In this document: positions 57,779-64,000 of the stretch, piece after piece | Layout: every line of letters starts with the position of its first letter | Position numbering within the stretch: the first letter of the stretch is position 1 | DNA from: Parcubacteria group bacterium | Lineage (GTDB): Bacteria > Patescibacteriota > Minisyncoccia > Moranbacterales > UBA11712 | Assembly: GCA_041659685.1 (NCBI GenBank) | Contig: JBAZXV010000003.1 | Location: 66,040-130,039 of the forward strand | Direction: 5' to 3' | DNA: 64,000 nt | Program-made: the position numbers and the translations under genes | Notes under the pieces: generated by a model | The model's input: the letters and a program-made list of their open reading frames with translations, nothing else | Told to the model about the DNA's origin: nothing | The model's database searches: none

Positions 57779-60700
57779 ATGAATTTGATTCGTTTTTTTA
57801 TTGCTTGCCTTCTGACTTTAGGACTGATTTTTAATAATATTGCCCTACCTATTTCGGTGGAAATTGCAATGGCGCAGTCTGATTCTGGTCAAGAAACGGA
57901 CACGAAAGAAAATATCGATAACCAAGAATCTAAAAACGCCAACGGCGGCGAAGAATCAGGAAAAGTTGATGGTCCATCAAGCGCTCAGGAAAGCAAGGAC
58001 ACCCAAAAGGAGGACGGACAAGACGATCCAATTTGGAAATCATGCGACTTTTCTAAAAAAGAAAATAAGCTTATTAAAAAAAACAAAGGCAAGGAATGCC
58101 GCAAAAAAGACAGCTGTAAAAAGATAAAAGAATGCCTTTCCGATTTCATCAGCATCAAAAACGAAGCGGACATAAAAAACGATTCCAATTCCTCCGCAAA
58201 TACCGGGGAAAATATTATCAGTCCTGACGAAGACAGCGCCGGGATAGATTATCCGATTGAAGAAACAGCGACCGAAGAAAATCCGAAAGAAAAAAATGAA
58301 TCAGAAGACGTTACTGAGATCAATCCTGAATCGGGGAATGAAGACGAATCCGGTGACAATATTTCTCCTCAAAATGAACCCCCCGGTGAACCGTCCGGAA
58401 TAAATGATCCGGATCCGGAAATATCCGGCGGAGAAGGAAAAGAAGCTTTTGAAGATACGGCTAAAAACGGGATTGATCCAAACAGCCAAAAAGAAGCATC
58501 GGACAGCGCCTCAACCGATCAAGCCGTATTAAAAGATGAAGCTTCTGAAGAAAAAGACAATATTTCGATAAATAGCGATCAAATAACAGAGAACGAAAAT
58601 AATCCTCTCGACAAAAAAACCGCGCAAAGCGTCCCAACGGTGACCGAGGAAAATGACCAGGAAATAGGAACATCGGCAACGGACAATGAAAAAAGCGCAC
58701 CAGTTGATAAAGAAATAAATTCTCCGGAAGAAGAAGATGAGAACATCGAAAGTATCCCGGCAGTGACCGAGGAAAATGATTCGGAAACAGAAACATCGGC
58801 ATCCGCCGAAAAAAGCGACGCGGAGAATGAAGATATGCCAAACAGCATCGAAACGGATGATGCCGCGGCAGAAAACAGTGTGTATAACGAAATAAACACA
58901 AATGTCGTCGGAGAAAATGTCGAAAAATTCGAACAGAATATCACGGGCATGTACAGCGGAGACATCAATCTTCTCGACGAATTCACAAATCTTCTTTCCA
59001 GTGCCGATACGGCAGATTCAAACGGCCTAACAGCCGCTCAGATTGCAATTGAGAATACTGCCGAAACTGAAAACAGCCTGGAATCCAGCGCGACAACGGG
59101 AGGCAATTCAATAGAGGGAGAAGACAGCCGGGCCGCAATCGAAACGGGTGATGCCATATCAGCGGCGAATATCGTGAATTTTATTAATGTCAATCTTATC
59201 GGAGAAAATTGGCTGTTTGCGACCATAAATGTTTTTGGTGACTGGGTGGGAGATTTGATTGTTCCGGGAGAAGGCCTCCTGAATGTTCCGGAGGCGAGTG
59301 CGCAGTCAAACGAGAATATTTCGATTGAAAATGACGCTACAATAATAAACACCGCTGATGCAAACGCATCGACCGGATCAAACACGATCAGCGGAGATAA
59401 CGGCACAGCCGCAATAGAAACGGGCAGCGCCGCTTCCAGTTCGGTTATCAAGAATGTGGTCAATACGACAATTATTAAAAATAGCTGGTTCTTTTTGACG
59501 ATAAATAATATGGGCAGCTGGATTGGAAAAGCAATCCATTGGGGAGAAGATAATAACGAAGAGATATACAGCTATGATTTTAATGAGGACGAAAGTTGGG
59601 AAGCAAACCTCACTAATTGGTTTTCAAGCATATTCATCAAAAACAGCGCGAATATCGAAAACAGCGCAGTTGCAAGCGCTTCGACCGGCAGTAATTCCAT
59701 TAAAGGAAATTATGGAGCGGCTAATATTCAAACCGGAAGCGCGTATGCCGCCTCCAACATATATAATTTTGTGAATACAAGCATCATCGGGAATAATTGG
59801 TTTTTCGCAACCGTAAATATATTCGGTACCTGGAAAGGAAACGTCAATTTCGCCTATCCCGACCTTTCCGTTTCGATTAATGACGGGAAGGGTTCAGCTA
59901 ACAGAGGTGAAAATCTGCATTATTCCGTTGAGATCGAGAATGAGGGAAAAGCAAGCGCCAGTAATGTCTATGTGCGGATTTCCCTCCCTGATTGCCTAAG
60001 CACCAGCGGCAACCCGAATACGGGGGACAAAAATGGATCCGGCAATGAAATTTCCTGGAATCTTTCGGGCCTCGGAGCGGGAGAGAAGAAAAGCTTTTCA
60101 ATTGACGCGGCGGTTCCAGAAAATATTTCCCCGGATGAATCAAAAATCCGAACATATGCGCAAGTACTGACCGAGACCAAAGAGACGGAACTCGATAATA
60201 ACACTTCGGCAGACGATACGCTGATTAATCCGTCAGTAGAAGATAATAATGAAATCAGCCCGCCTGAGATCATCACTTTGAATGACAACCCCAATAAAAT
60301 TCAGGGTTCCCAAGTCAATGATCCCCAAACTAATGACCCTCAAGCGCAATATTCGCTTTCGATAAGAAGAGAAATAAACAACAAAAAGGCAAAGCCGGGA
60401 GAGAAAATTAAGTACACCATCTATGTCAGCAATTCGGGCGATGGAGATCTGCATAAAGTGAAAGTGGAGGACAATCTGAAAAATAAGGATGGAGATCTGG
60501 GATCGTACGCATGGGACATTGGAAATCTCGGGAAAGGGAAAACAGCCAAAGTAACATACGGACTCCTGATCGGCGCTGATGCTCCGAAGGGAGATTATAA
60601 AAGTTCGGCTGTTGCCACTGGCTTCGATCCGAACGAGTCGGAAGTGAAGTCCTCTGAAGCAAAAGTGTCTTTTCATATGGAGAGCGTTAAATTAGCCGCC

Positions 60701-60952
60701 GCCCAACAGCAATATTATTACTATTACTACTTATATTCCCCCGCCTACAGCAGACAGGTGCAGCCATTTTCAATTATTGAAACGGCTTCCGCCGCCGAAA
60801 ATAACGAAGACACTCATCCGAGAGTTCTGGGCGCATGGACCAATCGCAAATCCGCCCTTCCTCTCACCTATTGGTTAATCGCAGCCCTTTCGTATTCTTA
60901 TCTCTTAAACAGCTTTCTTTTCCCTAAGAAAAAAACAAAACAACATACATGA
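57779..60952 (+). CDS. Large surface protein: acidic linker, TG-N repeats, two DUF11-like Ig domains, C-terminal TM anchor
   Basis: Repeated I.N.A...N...A.TG.N.I...I.TG.A....I.N..N motifs; PDLSV...Y.VEIENEG and PGE.IKYTI.VSN.G domains; VLGA followed by TM and a Lys-rich tail. Confidence 0.85.
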   Translation: MNLIRFFIACLLTLGLIFNNIALPISVEIAMAQSDSGQETDTKENIDNQESKNANGGEESGKVDGPSSAQESKDTQKEDGQDDPIWKSCDFSKKENKLIKKNKGKECRKKDSCKKIKECLSDFISIKNEADIKNDSNSSANTGENIISPDEDSAGIDYPIEETATEENPKEKNESEDVTEINPESGNEDESGDNISPQNEPPGEPSGINDPDPEISGGEGKEAFEDTAKNGIDPNSQKEASDSASTDQAVLKDEASEEKDNISINSDQITENENNPLDKKTAQSVPTVTEENDQEIGTSATDNEKSAPVDKEINSPEEEDENIESIPAVTEENDSETETSASAEKSDAENEDMPNSIETDDAAAENSVYNEINTNVVGENVEKFEQNITGMYSGDINLLDEFTNLLSSADTADSNGLTAAQIAIENTAETENSLESSATTGGNSIEGEDSRAAIETGDAISAANIVNFINVNLIGENWLFATINVFGDWVGDLIVPGEGLLNVPEASAQSNENISIENDATIINTADANASTGSNTISGDNGTAAIETGSAASSSVIKNVVNTTIIKNSWFFLTINNMGSWIGKAIHWGEDNNEEIYSYDFNEDESWEANLTNWFSSIFIKNSANIENSAVASASTGSNSIKGNYGAANIQTGSAYAASNIYNFVNTSIIGNNWFFATVNIFGTWKGNVNFAYPDLSVSINDGKGSANRGENLHYSVEIENEGKASASNVYVRISLPDCLSTSGNPNTGDKNGSGNEISWNLSGLGAGEKKSFSIDAAVPENISPDESKIRTYAQVLTETKETELDNNTSADDTLINPSVEDNNEISPPEIITLNDNPNKIQGSQVNDPQTNDPQAQYSLSIRREINNKKAKPGEKIKYTIYVSNSGDGDLHKVKVEDNLKNKDGDLGSYAWDIGNLGKGKTAKVTYGLLIGADAPKGDYKSSAVATGFDPNESEVKSSEAKVSFHMESVKLAAAQQQYYYYYYLYSPAYSRQVQPFSIIETASAAENNEDTHPRVLGAWTNRKSALPLTYWLIAALSYSYLLNSFLFPKKKTKQHT
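58626..58817 (+). repeat. Intragenic duplication (about 70 bp, copies 123 bp apart)
   Basis: GTGACCGAGGAAAATGA...ACATCGGCA occurs twice (SVPTVTEENDQEIGTSA / SIPAVTEENDSETETSA). Confidence 0.8.
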
Positions 60953-61155
60953 AAAAAAGGGGACTTATAAGAAAATTCGTATTCCCTCTTACTGCAACGA
61001 TTCTCATAGTTTGGTTTTGGAATGTTAACCGCGGAGAAGAAGGATACTATTGGTTTTTGGGACTTGTCTTTTCGATTCTGCTTCTGCATTATCTGTTTCT
61101 GTCCGTTCGGTATATCAGAAAGCGCTTAAATTCCGGCCAGAGAACCCCTTTTTAA
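60949..61155 (+). CDS. Small two-TM membrane protein
   Basis: ATGA overlap with the upstream stop codon; two hydrophobic helices. Confidence 0.6.
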   Translation: MKKRGLIRKFVFPLTATILIVWFWNVNRGEEGYYWFLGLVFSILLLHYLFLSVRYIRKRLNSGQRTPF

Positions 61156-61199
61156 GCCATATTTAAGGTTGCCGGTAAATTCAGGCCCTCGAATAAAAA

Positions 61200-61227
61200 T
61201 TGACAGCTAGAAATAACCTAATATAAT
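61200..61227 (+). promoter_or_regulatory. Consensus sigma70 promoter
   Basis: TTGACA (61200-61205), 16 nt, TATAAT (61222-61227). Confidence 0.85.
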
Positions 61228-61230
61228 AAA

Positions 61231-61775
61231 TGCACCGAGGCAAAGACATTATAAACTTCGGAAAATCCTGCGGATGACCAAGGAGGAAGTCATGGACTAA
61301 GATTGTTTGATTTGTCTGGTGATTCCCTGTGCGCCCTGTCACAGACGGGCCGCACAAGCCATGAGCGCTGTTTCACTCATGAGTTCTACTCTACGGGGTA
61401 GCTGCTATGGGAACAAGGAGCCGTCTTAGCCATGAGCGCAAACGAAGGCTTCCGAATCTGCCGACGACTCTTTTAAAGAGAACTCGCGGAGAAGCCAAAT
61501 TCGTAGCGCACTGGCCGCGCCCCGGCAAACATGCCTCTTGAGGCAATGCCTTTCCGAACAGGAATAAATTCGAAAATTGAATAGTTCGAAAAGGCTCAGC
61601 CTGGTGCAGAGAGCGTCTGCCAAGTCGCAAAAGCGAGGGGCAAGCAATCGCCAACTGTGACTCCTATGATTCAGGCGATTCGGGCACTGGTCGGGATTGA
61701 TTTTGAAGGGAGAATCCCGGCAAAGAATATCCCTTCTAAGGAGGGTGGCGGCCATTTTGGCGCGCCACCTTTTTC
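61231..61775 (+). ncRNA. Candidate large structured non-coding RNA (~540 nt)
   Basis: Bounded by a consensus promoter and a terminator; no plus-strand ORF in the track; more than 10 nested helices including a long-range 5' closing helix and a cUACGg tetraloop. Confidence 0.75.
61742..61775 (+). terminator. Intrinsic terminator
   Basis: GGTGGCG.GCC/GGC.CGCCACC stem plus TTTTT. Confidence 0.8.
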
Positions 61776-61856
61776 ACTTCTCCGGCCGGTTAAAGAATAA
61801 AAATTATTAAACTCTCTGAGATCGATTTCCGGCTGATTCTTCCTAGGCGCAAGAAA

Positions 61857-64000
61857 ATGACAGAAAAAAATATGAGTATCAAACAAAGAAGCTTTTACTG
61901 GATTCTGGCGCAAGGAATCGCAATTATGCTTTTGGTTTACTCGACAAGCTTCATCAGTTTCGCCCTCTTTCATTCCGTCTCCGAAATAGCGTCTATTGTC
62001 ATCTCCTTTGGAATATTCATTGTTGCCTGGAACTTTCAGAAATTCCGGGGAAACAATTTCGTCCTGATTATCGGAGTCTCTTACTTTTTCGTGGCCGCCC
62101 TAGATCTCCTTCATACTCTTTCTTTCAGCGGATTGTCTCTCTTTCAAAATGACTCGAACCTGCCGACCCAGCTCTGGATAGCGGCAAGATACATGGAAAG
62201 CCTCTCATTTATTGCGGCTTTCTTTTTTTTAAAGAGAAAAAAGATGCTTCGCGGAGATTCAGTTTTTCTTCTTTTCCTCGTTATTTCACTCGCGATCACG
62301 CTGTTTGTTTTTTACTGGAGAGTATTTCCTGACGCATTTATCGAGGGATCCGGTCTTACGGAATTTAAAATATCAAGCGAATACCTGATTTCGTTCTTCT
62401 TTTTGGTTTCATTCGGATTGCTTTATTCCAACCGCCGGCTGTTCGATCCCAGATTTGCGCAGTTCCTTATGCTTTCGCTCTCGGTAAAAATTGCGTCGGA
62501 AGTGTTTTTTTCCCATTATGCCAGTGTAACCGACCTTTCAATGCTGATGGGTCACCTTCTTAAGGTTTTATCCTTCTTTCTTCTCTATAAGGCCATTATT
62601 GAAATAGCACTGATTGATCCTTATAATGTTTTATTCCGTGATTTGAAACAATCGGAACAAAAGTACCGGGACTTGGTTGACAACTCATTGGTCGGAATCT
62701 ATAGAGCCGACCTCGAAGGAAATTACCTGTACGTTAATGAAGCCATGGCCGAAATGTTCGAGTTTGAAACGCCCGAAGCTATGATTCGCGAGGGCGGAAA
62801 AATGCGTTACGAAAAGGAAAGCGATAGAATGATTTTCCATGACCGACTCCAAAAAGAAGGGAGAATCGCCAACTACGAACTTGCGGGAAAAACCAAAACC
62901 GGCAAAAAAATAAACATCCTGTCCAATGCAATGATTGCCGGCAACGAAAGATCCGGGATGATTCTCAACATTACCCTCCGAAAAAAGCTTGAGAATTTAC
63001 TACAGAAAAACATCAGGGAACAGCAAATCATAATTGACTCGGTATCCGCAATGATATTTTTCAAAGACCGGGAAAACCGCCTGATCCGGGTAAATAAAGC
63101 GTTTGAAAAAACTATGGGAGTGCCGAAGAAAAGGCTAGAAGGACTATCCCTCAGCGAAATATATCCGGCATACCAGGCGGAGGCATTCCAAAAAAGTGAC
63201 CTCGAAGTTATTAAATCCGGAAAAGAAAAATTAGGAATAATCGAATATATGGATACATCAGTCGGCACCAGGCTGGTCCAAACAGATAAGGTCCCCTATT
63301 TTGACGAATCGGGAGAGATTGCAGGCATTATCGGTTTTTCAATCGACATTACCGAAAACAAAAAGGCCGAAGAAGCGCTTAGGGAAAGCGAAGCCAAATA
63401 TCGCCAGCTGTTTTCGAGCATGGCCAGTGGAGTTGCCTACCACGAAATAAAATATGACCGGAAAGGAAATCCGGTTGACTACGTATTTATCGAAGCCAAT
63501 GAATCCTATGAAAAAATGACCGGACTTAAAAGAGAAGAATTAATCGGAAAAAGCGCGCTGGACATCATTCCGAAAATGAAAGAGTACCCTTTTGACTGGA
63601 TCGGCGCTTATGGAAAAGTAGGCTGCGGAGGAGAGCCGCTCCGATTTGACCGATACTCTAATTTTCTCAAAAGATGGATATCAATATCCGTCTACAGCCC
63701 TAAAAAAAATTTTGTTATCTCTGTTTTCGAAGATGTGCATGAACGAAGAAAAGCGGAAGACGCGAAAGATGAGTTTCTTTCTCTGGCTTCCCATCAACTG
63801 AAAACACCGCTTTCAAGCATCGGCTTGTCCTCCGAACTTCTTCTCAGAGGAGTTTCCGGAAAACTTGAAAACGAACAGAGAGAATATCTTGAGGACATCA
63901 ATAAATCCGTAAAAAGGATGACTCTTCTTGTTAACAATCTTCTCGATGTTTCACGCCTTGACATAGGCAGTTTTGAATTCAAAAGAAGCCCTCTCAATTT
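61857..64000 (+). CDS. MASE3 + three PAS + HisKA sensor histidine kinase (3' end outside window; absent from the ORF track)
   Basis: Read by hand: LFHSVSEIASIVISFGIFIVAWN (MASE3), PAS segments (GIYRADLEG, IFFKDREN, GVAYHEI) and the H-box DEFLSLASHQLKTPL near 63770-63813. Confidence 0.9.
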   Translation, partial: MTEKNMSIKQRSFYWILAQGIAIMLLVYSTSFISFALFHSVSEIASIVISFGIFIVAWNFQKFRGNNFVLIIGVSYFFVAALDLLHTLSFSGLSLFQNDSNLPTQLWIAARYMESLSFIAAFFFLKRKKMLRGDSVFLLFLVISLAITLFVFYWRVFPDAFIEGSGLTEFKISSEYLISFFFLVSFGLLYSNRRLFDPRFAQFLMLSLSVKIASEVFFSHYASVTDLSMLMGHLLKVLSFFLLYKAIIEIALIDPYNVLFRDLKQSEQKYRDLVDNSLVGIYRADLEGNYLYVNEAMAEMFEFETPEAMIREGGKMRYEKESDRMIFHDRLQKEGRIANYELAGKTKTGKKINILSNAMIAGNERSGMILNITLRKKLENLLQKNIREQQIIIDSVSAMIFFKDRENRLIRVNKAFEKTMGVPKKRLEGLSLSEIYPAYQAEAFQKSDLEVIKSGKEKLGIIEYMDTSVGTRLVQTDKVPYFDESGEIAGIIGFSIDITENKKAEEALRESEAKYRQLFSSMASGVAYHEIKYDRKGNPVDYVFIEANESYEKMTGLKREELIGKSALDIIPKMKEYPFDWIGAYGKVGCGGEPLRFDRYSNFLKRWISISVYSPKKNFVISVFEDVHERRKAEDAKDEFLSLASHQLKTPLSSIGLSSELLLRGVSGKLENEQREYLEDINKSVKRMTLLVNNLLDVSRLDIGSFEFKRSPLN

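Noticed and set aside
61282-61300. RNase P RNA, suggested by GAGGAAGTCATGG resembling GAGGAAAGUCC
   Set aside because: No 3' ACARAAnnnGGCUUA P4 partner or ACAGANA motif is visible, and the CATGG segment pairs locally with 61430-35. A cmscan run is still needed to exclude a divergent form.
61438-61476. tmRNA tag (GCA AAC GAA...)
   Set aside because: The frame reads ANEGFRICRRLF rather than ending in AA, and there are no tRNA-like ends (GGGG...TTCGAC, TCCACCA).
61329-61775. Group II intron, suggested by GTGCGCCC
   Set aside because: GTGCG lies inside a hairpin, there is no domain V (AGC triad, GNRA loop, AC bulge), and no interrupted gene or RT.
61391-61973. Minus-strand ORFs over the candidate ncRNA
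   Set aside because: No SD or motifs; the promoter, terminator and G-U/UNCG signals all indicate plus-strand transcription.

Overview
This 64-kb window looks like chromosomal DNA of a Patescibacteria/CPR bacterium, probably Parcubacteria. That is an inference from the compact gene set, AT-rich leaders without Shine-Dalgarno sites, an SHQLKTPL histidine kinase and many orphan secreted proteins. Recognisable genes include typA, a PpaC-type pyrophosphatase, msrB/msrA, an RND pump pair, a PAS-GGEEF diguanylate cyclase, a cyclophilin, pyrH, a VUT-pyrE-pyrE-like-pyrF cluster, a PAICS-like purC-purE fusion, purB, DUF2769/glutamate-synthase-family proteins, copA, lgt and a MASE3-PAS kinase that runs off the right end. 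I saw no rRNA, canonical tRNA, CRISPR array, integrase or intact transposase. Five things stand out. (1) An unannotated, highly structured ~540-nt transcription unit at 61231-61775 with its own consensus promoter and terminator, a candidate novel large ncRNA. (2) A run of co-oriented accessory genes at about 39.9-46.8 kb whose spacers carry a recurring hairpin with a conserved GGRTTYCG loop, resembling a cassette array. (3) A secreted small subunit plus a large membrane-anchored protein sharing N/T/G-rich repeats, a candidate beta-solenoid or amyloid-like filament system. (4) A second structured ~180-nt element before lgt. (5) Only late steps of nucleotide biosynthesis, coupled to a VUT transporter. 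All calls come from reading motifs by eye; no database searches or folding programs were run.
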